Virus record (IMG/VR): IMGVR_UViG_3300033149_003588
Coordinates: 10,460 to 74,459 of that record
Source: a virus
Reading direction: 5' to 3' (one strand)
DNA: 64,000 nt
Shown: piece after piece, positions 9,631-19,522 of the stretch
How positions within the stretch are numbered: the stretch's first letter is position 1
Layout: each line of letters opens with the position of its first letter
Position numbers and translations under genes: made by a program
Notes under the pieces: model-generated
Database searches by the model: none
What the model was told of the DNA's origin: nothing
The model's input: the letters and a program-made list of their open reading frames with translations, nothing else

Positions 9631-10344
9631 CTATTCGATATCATTATGAAAATTATGTATTATACCAACCCCAATAAAACCACATTCATCTACGTACCCA
9701 CCAGACAACCCCATACCCCAATTATCACCAATATAATATGATATGCAACAATCAATATAATAACTTGTATTACTAGTAACCAGATCATGACGCATACTAC
9801 CGCTTATTGCCACCATCGATTTATTTACTAATTTAGGTACCCATTCAGTATTAAAATGTTGTACTACCCTATGATGACCATTATAATCATAAATCACTGA
9901 ATAACGTATATATATATGTTTGAATGTACGTATAAATATGCTGGATGATTCCATAAACGGGAACGTCCTTGCCATTGTGGCAAACCCAACACCTACATGA
10001 AATCTATTAACATCTATATTATATAACTTCTCATATCCTATATCAGATATGATAAAAATAGATGGATTGTGATGATATATAGTAACACCAGGATATAGTG
10101 AAATATCGGTAAACACATCACTTAAATGTCTGGCATTCATATATGCAGATATTGATTTAACACATATATCAATACTATTAGCAGTGTATGCTCCCATACC
10201 ACCACTATATGAACACGAGAGAGATAAATTCTCATGTGGAATAAGCCCAGCAGCAATTAATTTACCAAGATTTGGATCATCCGCATTAACAATAGTGCTG
10301 AGTATAATAAACAACATCACCATAGTGAAAATCATTAATTTCAT
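9631..10344 (-). CDS. Exported protein, possibly an outer-membrane beta-barrel
   Basis: Signal peptide (MKLMIFTMVMLFIILSTIVNA); alternating aromatic/hydrophobic beta-strands, ending FIGVGIIHNF. Confidence 0.5.
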   Translation of the reverse strand: MKLMIFTMVMLFIILSTIVNADDPNLGKLIAAGLIPHENLSLSCSYSGGMGAYTANSIDICVKSISAYMNARHLSDVFTDISLYPGVTIYHHNPSIFIISDIGYEKLYNIDVNRFHVGVGFATMARTFPFMESSSIFIRTFKHIYIRYSVIYDYNGHHRVVQHFNTEWVPKLVNKSMVAISGSMRHDLVTSNTSYYIDCCISYYIGDNWGMGLSGGYVDECGFIGVGIIHNFHNDIE

Positions 10345-10351
10345 AGTGCTC

Positions 10352-10960
10352 CTAGTTAATAGAAGTAATTAATATCTTAAGAAATAACCAATCACCCAAA
10401 TATGGAGAAATAGATGCCTCGGGAGATATCTTAACTCCCAATTTTAGATAGGAATCAGGAGCTATATCACAAAGCTCTATCGGGGAACTCAAGCTAAGAC
10501 TTTGAAATGTGCCATCGTTCACATTATACTCAAGCGATATGTGTTCAAGCGCATCTTCTGAATTATTATTATAAGGGACAAACCACAACCTCAACCCAGA
10601 TGCGACTGTAGCAGTCGGGTTAGCCATTTCATTCCATATGTAAAAATATTTTATCCTGTCCTCACCGATACTAACAAAATCAGCAAATGCTGCAAAATTA
10701 TTCGCTAATTCTGGGCAAATTACCCTAGTATTGGCAGCCAGAAATGATGCACCCACTTCTTCAGTTAACTCAATTATATTGGTATTCTTATCAACACTAT
10801 TAATAACCCTAGTAACAATATTAGTATCATCTTTAAATTGCAGCGTGAAACCAGCTACCAATCTCGTAATTCTATCTAACTCAAATTGAGTATCAGTGGC
10901 ATCTAAATTACTTTGTAAAACAAATGGAGCGGTAACCCTTATAATTATACTATTATTCAT
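10352..10960 (-). CDS. Putative virion/tail-associated protein
   Basis: 202-aa beta-rich ORF at the end of the tail operon. Confidence 0.5.
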   Translation of the reverse strand: MNNSIIIRVTAPFVLQSNLDATDTQFELDRITRLVAGFTLQFKDDTNIVTRVINSVDKNTNIIELTEEVGASFLAANTRVICPELANNFAAFADFVSIGEDRIKYFYIWNEMANPTATVASGLRLWFVPYNNNSEDALEHISLEYNVNDGTFQSLSLSSPIELCDIAPDSYLKLGVKISPEASISPYLGDWLFLKILITSIN

Positions 10961-10961
10961 A

Positions 10962-13016
10962 TTATCCTGCTCCTATCTCTATATCTCCAGATGCCACAAC
11001 GCTTTGTGTGGGATCCCATTCTTCACGCCAATCTTTCTTATTTTGGAATATATATATCATCGGGTGTTCCCTCTTATCTTCAACCCATAATACATGTGTT
11101 ATCGCATTAACCTGCGGAGGCAGGGTAGATACGGTATAATGGCCAGGATTAAAATATAAAAATATCGTAACATGTCCCATGGGAGATTGGTATCCCATAG
11201 CCTCGGCAACCTTCTGATTAAATCTTAACGAATTCCTAATAGCATCCTCTATAATCAAGTTGTTAGCTGCCTGTGAATCATAATATCCCCAATCTATAGG
11301 CAAACGTTGTACCCAATATGCATCCCACCATACCATGTCCTGAAAATGAAACGGTATACCACTCGCACTATAAAATATGACCCAATAGTAAGCTACAAAT
11401 CCCACGTGAAAATATGCCATCTTAGGCCTAGCAAATACTGACATTCTTGCAGTTTCACCACGATTAGTTAACATTAGTGGGTAATTATATGCAGGATCTG
11501 CCATAGTGCCCGGTTTACCAATGCCATCTGATTCTTCTACATACTCAAACATACTAAAAACCCTATCATTATCACCCTCATTAATTAACGAATTAACTGC
11601 TGATCGAGGTATATACATAGCTCTGGCCAATTCAGTCGCACATGTTATCTCACTATATTTACTAAGTTTTACACCAATTGGTTCATCAAAATAAACCACA
11701 TTACCCTCAATGTCTGACACCACGAGAGTATTAGAATCCCCATCAACTCCGTTCAATGTTATAGACATGCCGATAGCCAGTTCACCCGTTCCCCTGCCAC
11801 CAAGATCCCCATCAGTAACCGTACCAGGAGCAGAAGCATCTAATATAATATAATTTTGCGCGGGATTAGCCGCGGCTGCCAGCCTTAACCCACTTGCCCG
11901 CTCTCTAAACAATTGTGGATCTATACTTTTTACTATATATTCATCACTTTCGGTTGCCTTACTACCAATGGTAAACTTATCGAAATCAAGATCATAATAT
12001 CTTTCATCCGCTTTCATAATAAAATATAATGCCATGGGTTGATGCATCGGTATATTAATTTCAATAGGAGCATATTTTACCAATTTATCTATAACACCAT
12101 GTTCTTCTGGAGTAATTATTTCACTACCTTCATAGTGTCTCAACAAAAAATTATCAAATATATAACCACACTTTAAATATTTGATTAGTGCGCCCAAATT
12201 AGTCCTATATACTCTATTATGTATATCACCCAAATTAGTATCATAAGCATTCATCATTTTATCTAATGCACCACGAGTATCAATAGCACTATCGACATCA
12301 CCCTCCTGTACCAATATATCCGCTTTATTCAATAATGATACTACAGTCAAAATCTTATGCGGTTGGATTATGGTTTCTTGTCCATAATCAGTGCATCGAT
12401 AAAATGTATCTCTTGTGGCAAATGCAAAATAATGCGGAATAAGCCAACTATCCTCTTCCCAGCTATTTAAAACAACATTATCACCTATTAGTGGACTAGA
12501 AATTTTACATGGATGGTCATTATTCACTACACATAATGCAAAATACATTCTACTCATATGTATCTGCTTATTAAGTATGGGCAACTTATGTTCCGACATT
12601 AACATATTATAATTGTAATTGTGTGGCATCCACCTATTTATGCTATTATAATATTCTTGTAACGAGGATTTATATGTATTATAGCAATACCTATGATATA
12701 CTGTATCGCCAACACTATAATAATAGTCATAATCAGCCCCGATAACTGCAGCATCACCTGATGATTCATCATCTGCCAATCTATCTTCACAATCATGAGC
12801 TGTATTCTCCAATGTAAACCACAACATATACTTATTACCATCCCAAGGGTTATCCCAGTATTGACTAGTACTTACGAAAAAATCCCAGGCAGATCGATCT
12901 ACCCAACGTATGCCATCATTACCAGCATCAGGCATATATCCCCAGCCATCATACAATCTTACGATAGCACATATCTTCTGGTCATCAGCATCTGGTATTA
13001 TAGTAAGCTGCTGCAT
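10962..13016 (-). CDS. Putative tail protein
   Basis: 684-aa acidic, aromatic-rich ORF in the tail module. Confidence 0.5.
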   Translation of the reverse strand: MQQLTIIPDADDQKICAIVRLYDGWGYMPDAGNDGIRWVDRSAWDFFVSTSQYWDNPWDGNKYMLWFTLENTAHDCEDRLADDESSGDAAVIGADYDYYYSVGDTVYHRYCYNTYKSSLQEYYNSINRWMPHNYNYNMLMSEHKLPILNKQIHMSRMYFALCVVNNDHPCKISSPLIGDNVVLNSWEEDSWLIPHYFAFATRDTFYRCTDYGQETIIQPHKILTVVSLLNKADILVQEGDVDSAIDTRGALDKMMNAYDTNLGDIHNRVYRTNLGALIKYLKCGYIFDNFLLRHYEGSEIITPEEHGVIDKLVKYAPIEINIPMHQPMALYFIMKADERYYDLDFDKFTIGSKATESDEYIVKSIDPQLFRERASGLRLAAAANPAQNYIILDASAPGTVTDGDLGGRGTGELAIGMSITLNGVDGDSNTLVVSDIEGNVVYFDEPIGVKLSKYSEITCATELARAMYIPRSAVNSLINEGDNDRVFSMFEYVEESDGIGKPGTMADPAYNYPLMLTNRGETARMSVFARPKMAYFHVGFVAYYWVIFYSASGIPFHFQDMVWWDAYWVQRLPIDWGYYDSQAANNLIIEDAIRNSLRFNQKVAEAMGYQSPMGHVTIFLYFNPGHYTVSTLPPQVNAITHVLWVEDKREHPMIYIFQNKKDWREEWDPTQSVVASGDIEIGAG

Positions 13017-13051
13017 TTATTATGTACTTATCTTAATACTAATCAATTAAA

Positions 13052-13285
13052 TTAGATTTCTGAGTATCCACGGTTTGTTATGGTAGTAATTATGCCACCC
13101 TGGTTATACATTGATGTATCAATAGAACTACCCTTAGTATCCCTAACATAACCAAATGGGTCACATATATAACCATTGGATATGTGTCTTTGTCTAATCC
13201 CGCCCAATCTTTTGGCTATCTCTCTGGCCATTTTCTGTATAGCCATAACCAGTCTTGCATCAGCATCTGCTGTTTTCATAATCAC
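13052..13285 (-). CDS. Small hypothetical tail-module protein
   Basis: 77-aa ORF tightly packed between tail genes; GAGGTG upstream. Confidence 0.55.
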   Translation of the reverse strand: MIMKTADADARLVMAIQKMAREIAKRLGGIRQRHISNGYICDPFGYVRDTKGSSIDTSMYNQGGIITTITNRGYSEI

Positions 13286-13289
13286 CTCA

Positions 13290-15221
13290 CTATAAATAAC
13301 GTCTAAAAGTTATTATGTTTACTGAAGTAGAGCTTGATAAGTCTACATTGTATTGCATGCCACCACCACCACTGCTGCCCATGTAATGTAAAGCAAGTGT
13401 TGGCTCACGCAGTTTGTAAACAGTCTCTTCATAGGTGGTGTCCAACCTCATTCTTATTGCATCAACTAATTCTCTGACATCATGCATATTTAACATATCG
13501 GTATCAACAGTGTATATTCTATTATTAAATGGATTAATGGTAATATCCAAAATCTTTCTTCTGGCTGGGTCCTTCATAGCGTCTAACTCTATCTGCATAT
13601 CTGCATGTGATATAAATTCAGTTTCAAATATATCAAAATCTTGAACAATACCATCATATCCAGAGACCACCTTTATAAACCCATGTTTACATCTTACAAA
13701 TTTCTCGGTAACATCCTTTATCGTTACCCAATGTAACATATTAGTTGTTAAACCAGCAGTAATATAATCATATGATTCCACCGATTTATTCACAACTTCC
13801 ACAGATTTTAATTTACCACTCTCCAGAGGTTTAATACCAACCACATATCCATTAATAATATTATGCTGTTCTGATATCCACCCCTTGTTATAATGGATAG
13901 TTTTGTGTGTACCCCAGGTATCTTCGGGTACAGTAATTCTCCTATAGCTATATAAACTTTCTTCTTCTCTTATTTTCATAAAACTTAGCGCAATACCATC
14001 AGCACTTTTCAATTTTACTAATTGATATATTGTTTTCTCAATGGAATACGGCTTGCCTAATCCAGTATATTTATAGCAAACTATTTCCTTGAATATCGGA
14101 CCAATACTTGAATAATACCCATCAGGCGCATCGTCAAGAACACTGCCAACACGCTCGTCACCACTATTAGACATAAATTGACCGAATAAAGATGTTGCTA
14201 TAGTACCTGTGGTATCTGATAATCCTACAATTGGTTTATCAGACCACACAGTAGTAGTTACCCTTACTGGATATTCCTTATCATCATACTTATCATAATA
14301 TAACTCTGTAATAGTGCGGGTCCAATTATGAACAAAAGCATCTTCACCCTTCCATGGTGCCTTGATTTTCACAGTGGATACCACCATACCACTATCTATT
14401 GTATGATTAGCCTCAAGATGTATGGGTGTATTCCGGTCCCATATAGCCCTATCGCTATGAAAAGGACTATTAACAAACTCTTCATCTAGACTTAAAAATC
14501 CATTTACAATAAGCCTACCATAAGGATTCTTTTTATCTACCAACCTAGTATCTAGTTGCTCTATAAACTTATTACTTGTTATACTATAGATACCATCTGC
14601 TTCGTCTTCACCTGGCATAGTAATCTGTAAAACATGTACTCCATCACTAAGTATTACAGGATTATACATGCTACACAGTGTCTCAATGGCATTTACCAGT
14701 GTCATTGTAGAATCAAACCTAAATTCTCGTACATCAAATGCAGGCAATGTATATATTATAGTAACATTAATACCACATATATCGGCAAGATCATCAATTA
14801 TTTGATCAGATCTCCATCCACCAGCACCATATGATGATGTAGTCTGTTTCCAATGTATTACGGGTCTCTCCTCTTCATTATCTTCCTCATCATTAAATAC
14901 CATATAATCCTCAGGATTGACTGGTGACGATATCCAAATATGTGTTCTTGATGGTGCGCTTGTCTCTATGTCATGTACTAATCTAGATGTCGCATTAATA
15001 CTATAAGTGATATCAACGGCAGATTCTGATTCACTTATCTCAGTTATAATACATGGTATACCACCAATTGTAATGGCATCACCAACCGTTGGACGATTCT
15101 TAAGACCATTAACAACAATATCAAAACCTATTTGTTCGGGGGTTTTACTAATATTAACTGATTTTACTAGTGGTAAACCCGAGCTAGGTAATACTATTTC
15201 TTGTAGTGTTTTCTCATTCAT
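13290..15221 (-). CDS. Putative baseplate hub / tail-tip protein
   Basis: N-terminal IIDDLADICGINV...TLVNAIETLC pattern typical of hub proteins; tail context. Confidence 0.5.
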   Translation of the reverse strand: MNEKTLQEIVLPSSGLPLVKSVNISKTPEQIGFDIVVNGLKNRPTVGDAITIGGIPCIITEISESESAVDITYSINATSRLVHDIETSAPSRTHIWISSPVNPEDYMVFNDEEDNEEERPVIHWKQTTSSYGAGGWRSDQIIDDLADICGINVTIIYTLPAFDVREFRFDSTMTLVNAIETLCSMYNPVILSDGVHVLQITMPGEDEADGIYSITSNKFIEQLDTRLVDKKNPYGRLIVNGFLSLDEEFVNSPFHSDRAIWDRNTPIHLEANHTIDSGMVVSTVKIKAPWKGEDAFVHNWTRTITELYYDKYDDKEYPVRVTTTVWSDKPIVGLSDTTGTIATSLFGQFMSNSGDERVGSVLDDAPDGYYSSIGPIFKEIVCYKYTGLGKPYSIEKTIYQLVKLKSADGIALSFMKIREEESLYSYRRITVPEDTWGTHKTIHYNKGWISEQHNIINGYVVGIKPLESGKLKSVEVVNKSVESYDYITAGLTTNMLHWVTIKDVTEKFVRCKHGFIKVVSGYDGIVQDFDIFETEFISHADMQIELDAMKDPARRKILDITINPFNNRIYTVDTDMLNMHDVRELVDAIRMRLDTTYEETVYKLREPTLALHYMGSSGGGGMQYNVDLSSSTSVNIITFRRYL

Positions 15222-15229
15222 TGTGGCAC

Positions 15230-17131
15230 CTAATATAAATGACAGTACATATTTATATCCTTATATATATATAAGTAATCTACACAAATAATTCTAAGTG
15301 TTGTTTGAGCCTTCAATTCTTCTAGTTCAAAATATCCCTCAACAATTCTAGAAGTATCAATAGCTAGATCACCACATGCTTCCACATGAGTAAATGTCTC
15401 TATTTTAAATTCGAATGTTCCTTCGCATTCGTCACTGGTTTCATCACCACTTATATAGATCATATCAACATCAAAATAAGCTACTGCTGCGACACCCTGT
15501 ATTATACTTATATCTATAAATCCTTCGTTATCATTAAGAGCATTATCAAGATATATGTCTATATCTATGTATTCATGGCCAGCATCATAATATACGTCTA
15601 TAAACTCATCAACATCCCTGGTATCCAAATAAATGCCAATATCCTCAAAGGCATCATTAGGAATACCAAGTATTATATTGATATCCTTAAACGCTTCATT
15701 CTCTAAATATGCATACAAAACAGTGTCACAATATGGCTTGTCATGACAATAATATATATTTATATCTATAGCATGTGCGGACAACCATGTTATATCTATA
15801 TCAGACGCTACTACATCTGCTTCGGGCATGCACGATACGAATTTAATCTCATGTTCATAGCCATAGACAAAATTGCGCTCACCTATTAAAGTGTCAAAAC
15901 TAATATCTAATATACCACCAGCCGATTTAATATCATCATCAAATACTGGAATAAATTTAGCTTCAAATTGCCCACCATATACAATATTTACATCATTATA
16001 AATACCTACCGCATATAAACCAACATTATTAGTATCATCTCCAGCATCAAATACTATTTTAACACCAGTAACTAATTGTTTATGTATGCCAAATGATATC
16101 CATTCGCCATGTGCATATTTATTACTAACAACCGGGTTGACCATAAGTGAATCTGTTTCGCTCACAAATATGTCATTTACCTTCGCATATATAATATTTA
16201 TAGGTTTCCACGAATCAGTATTGTATGGCATAACATAAATCGTGAAATCGTTAGCAGCATATACCTCGTGGAATCTGAATTCTATAGTATTAATATACTT
16301 GGCCTGGTCGAACACACATTCTAATTCGTGTGCCCATGTATCGTTAGATAACCAATATGTATCACTATCCCTATTTATATATCTACATTCATCATGGTTC
16401 AATAGTAAATTGTTAACTCGATGCTCAGGATCCTCACTAGTGGCAGATATTGTGGTTAGCGGTACAATAGACTCACGTGATTTGTTTTTACATGCAGCTA
16501 TTAAACTAATGTCTTCCCAAAACATGTTCATCGCACCAGATAATACTAGTGTCTCACTATATAATGGCTCAGACATAACAGTATCATCAAGTGCAATTGC
16601 CTCTATATGTGTGGGTATAAATGAACCTATATTTGTTAACTTGTATACATTATAAAAATATGGTTGTATAAATTCTAATTCTATATCCTTATAATTATAT
16701 ATAGGTGGGAAATCTAATAATATATCTTTATACTCTAAATCTGTGACAGTTATGACTATATCAACGTCAGAATATGCTATATTAGACCCATTAAAATATA
16801 TATCAGTGTCATCATATGATGCGCCAACTACAGACAAAAATACATTGGTATCTTCAACAGAAGTTGTTTCCAATGTAAGTATAATACCAGTATCACTTGC
16901 ACCAGCTTCAAAGAAGCCTGGAATTATCAATCGCGCATACTCATCTATACTAACTGTACTTGCAGCATAAATGATCTTGCCATATTCAGCAATACCAACT
17001 CCACTGGGTAATACTATACGCGCATATTCTAAATATTCAGTAATACCAGGTATTACTATACGTCCATACTCGACGCGTTCACTATGCGCGAGAATCGTAA
17101 TTCTTGCATATTCCTCAGCATATGGAGCCAT
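15230..17131 (-). CDS. Virion protein with EYARI and YxDIxIY repeats and a central discoidin/F5-8-like domain
   Basis: Five EY(A/G)(R/K)(I/L) repeats at the N-terminus; YWLSND...ELECVFDQAKYINTIEFRF discoidin-like segment. Confidence 0.55.
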   Translation of the reverse strand: MAPYAEEYARITILAHSERVEYGRIVIPGITEYLEYARIVLPSGVGIAEYGKIIYAASTVSIDEYARLIIPGFFEAGASDTGIILTLETTSVEDTNVFLSVVGASYDDTDIYFNGSNIAYSDVDIVITVTDLEYKDILLDFPPIYNYKDIELEFIQPYFYNVYKLTNIGSFIPTHIEAIALDDTVMSEPLYSETLVLSGAMNMFWEDISLIAACKNKSRESIVPLTTISATSEDPEHRVNNLLLNHDECRYINRDSDTYWLSNDTWAHELECVFDQAKYINTIEFRFHEVYAANDFTIYVMPYNTDSWKPINIIYAKVNDIFVSETDSLMVNPVVSNKYAHGEWISFGIHKQLVTGVKIVFDAGDDTNNVGLYAVGIYNDVNIVYGGQFEAKFIPVFDDDIKSAGGILDISFDTLIGERNFVYGYEHEIKFVSCMPEADVVASDIDITWLSAHAIDINIYYCHDKPYCDTVLYAYLENEAFKDINIILGIPNDAFEDIGIYLDTRDVDEFIDVYYDAGHEYIDIDIYLDNALNDNEGFIDISIIQGVAAVAYFDVDMIYISGDETSDECEGTFEFKIETFTHVEACGDLAIDTSRIVEGYFELEELKAQTTLRIICVDYLYIYKDINMYCHLY

Positions 17132-17138
17132 TTATATT

Positions 17139-17714
17139 TTAACTATCATTATTCCCATTAAATACTAAATCAACGTCACCACCCCATGCTACCCTAAAAT
17201 ATGTATACGCCGAAATCTTCATTACACCGGTTCTAACAATAGATTCTGGCATAGTGCCATCCGTGCGAACCTGAAATATGTATGCTCTCGGACCATCGGA
17301 GGCACCCACTCTAACATAGCTATCCATGTGTACATCTATCGATGTTGCCCAAGGTGTCCACTCAGTAACAATAATAGGAACATTACTACTAAAGTTAATA
17401 GCTTGCCTAAATTCTATATAACTCGAACCACCTTGAACTTCAATACCACTCTCATTTTTAGTATCACGTGTTATACTCATCTCATATAATCTAATGCCTT
17501 CTATTCCTTGATATATAACGAATGTTACCATATCTTCACTGGGTGAATCGATGGGCGCATCTAATAATATTTCACCATCAGAATCTGGGGTTATACCATT
17601 TAATGGGTATGCACCATGATACAAAGAAAGCCCAGATTCTTCATCAAGTATATTAATGTAGACTGTATTATCTAATATATCACTGGCATACTCAGCATCA
17701 TAATAATTTGGCAT
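17139..17714 (-). CDS. Putative tail-associated protein
   Basis: 191-aa ORF with AAGGAGG SD in the tail operon. Confidence 0.55.
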   Translation of the reverse strand: MPNYYDAEYASDILDNTVYINILDEESGLSLYHGAYPLNGITPDSDGEILLDAPIDSPSEDMVTFVIYQGIEGIRLYEMSITRDTKNESGIEVQGGSSYIEFRQAINFSSNVPIIVTEWTPWATSIDVHMDSYVRVGASDGPRAYIFQVRTDGTMPESIVRTGVMKISAYTYFRVAWGGDVDLVFNGNNDS

Positions 17715-17724
17715 TATCTCCTCC

Positions 17725-18756
17725 TTATATTATATTAACCATTATATTTATATCACTATGTGTCAACTCCGATAAATATAGGACATTATCTATTATGTTT
17801 ATTATCTTATAGGCTCCACCATAATTATCAAACGTGATCCATGTACCAATCACTAAATCATCAGGGACTTCATCAACAATGACCTCATGATCAGAACCAT
17901 CCTCCCACCCTGCAACATGAGCTACAATATCTTTTTGACCTAATGGATTGTACCCAGCTGTTGATAGTGCTCGAAGTATTTGAATATTATCTATTAACGA
18001 TCCGCCCAATACTCCACTTAATTCTTCTCTAGTACTATCAGGATGAGTAATCGCTACCCTAAAATTTCCCGTAACTACAAAAACCTCTTGATAATTGACT
18101 ATATTAATAATAGCATCTATGTCATGATAACTACTTGTATATTTAGAATAAAAACAGAAATCAATATCATTATAAAAATACTCATTGTCATTACTATATA
18201 ATAAATCAGTATCTCTATGGCTGATTTCTAAACTACCCCCGAATGGAGCATTCTCTAAATATATATCTATATCATGTGTAGTACCAATATTAGCATACCC
18301 AACAACAATATCAAGTTTATATATGTGTGTATCTAAACCAGCGTTTAATGTAGTATAACCGTCCCCTCTAAATCGCAATAATCTATTACCAGGAGTAATC
18401 TTGATCCATCTTTGAATAGAAAGATCAAGGTTAAATTTATTTAATTCCACTGTCATGGCAGTCCACTCGTCAGATAGCTCATATGTAATTATACCAATAG
18501 TGCCCAATGGGCTATCCGGCATTCCATCACTATCAGAATATATATCACATATAGCATCAGAATATACGTTAGGCGCATTTTTCATGTAAACAGTTATCGA
18601 TAATAAAATACTTGAGTCTATTATTGGTAATTTAACATATGCAGCCTCATCTAATGCAAAAGTACCACCAGAAGATGCCGAGATAAACTGAGGCTCTCCC
18701 CAAGCGCCCTCGATATGAGTATCCAAATCTATATTATGTTCAGAATTAAATATCAT
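17725..18756 (-). CDS. Putative virion protein with DIxI repeats
   Basis: IYSDSDGMPDSPLG beta-sandwich motif; repeats HDIDIYL, YNDIDF, YHDIDA. Confidence 0.55.
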   Translation of the reverse strand: MIFNSEHNIDLDTHIEGAWGEPQFISASSGGTFALDEAAYVKLPIIDSSILLSITVYMKNAPNVYSDAICDIYSDSDGMPDSPLGTIGIITYELSDEWTAMTVELNKFNLDLSIQRWIKITPGNRLLRFRGDGYTTLNAGLDTHIYKLDIVVGYANIGTTHDIDIYLENAPFGGSLEISHRDTDLLYSNDNEYFYNDIDFCFYSKYTSSYHDIDAIINIVNYQEVFVVTGNFRVAITHPDSTREELSGVLGGSLIDNIQILRALSTAGYNPLGQKDIVAHVAGWEDGSDHEVIVDEVPDDLVIGTWITFDNYGGAYKIINIIDNVLYLSELTHSDINIMVNII

Positions 18757-19381
18757 ACGGAATACATGATAAGATGGTATCAGTTTTGGATACTACTCTA
18801 TAATGTCTACCAGTCTGCATTAACCAAATTACAGTACCGTTACACACACCCATAGTAGTATCTAGATATATTTCTACACGGTCATTTTGTGATATAGCTA
18901 TATCAATAACATGGAGAGGCGTAACAGCTTTATCAGTTTCATCAATAACATTAACCTCTATACCATTATTTTGAATACCTGGCAAAATTGCTTGAATTTT
19001 TACATTACTATGCATAATGGCATGAGCATGTATCCTATCAAACTCCCATTCGGACCCAAAACAAATATTGATATCATTATATGCTATAGTCTCATCAATA
19101 ACATCGGCACTACCGCCAATAATTAGTCTGCGCGCCGAAGTAAACTCTACCACTGGGAAATCTGTCCTATATATTATCGTTGTATCTTCTGACGCTGATG
19201 GATAATCAGTACCATCAAAATAAAGAATTATATCTTCATATGAGTCAACTACCGATAATCCCAAATGCGCGTTTAAATATGTATATGCTAGTGTTGTCGA
19301 AACATAATCTATTATATCAACACCATTAGCATCATGGCCTATACATAGTATACAGTCGGTATCTTCGTAATGTAGACCCAT
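18746..19381 (-). CDS. Putative virion protein; N-terminus paralogous to 35946..37721
   Basis: CIGHDANGVDIIDYV versus IIGHNSSGVDVIHVV; YEDIILYFD repeats. Confidence 0.55.
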   Translation of the reverse strand: MGLHYEDTDCILCIGHDANGVDIIDYVSTTLAYTYLNAHLGLSVVDSYEDIILYFDGTDYPSASEDTTIIYRTDFPVVEFTSARRLIIGGSADVIDETIAYNDINICFGSEWEFDRIHAHAIMHSNVKIQAILPGIQNNGIEVNVIDETDKAVTPLHVIDIAISQNDRVEIYLDTTMGVCNGTVIWLMQTGRHYRVVSKTDTILSCIPYDI

Positions 19382-19522
19382 TAGAATTTACTATTAATGT
19401 AATTAAATATATTTTGTACTACGACACAACATAATACAAAATATACTCTTGTAGCATTCTATTATGTTTGTATATTAAACTTGCATTAAGCAAGATATAT
19501 GGTAAGATATTTTGAGGTGCCA

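Noticed and set aside
19408-19445. Inverted repeat TATATTTTGTA...TACAAAATATA in an intergenic gap
   Set aside because: It is AT-only with a long loop, too weak to call a terminator or operator.
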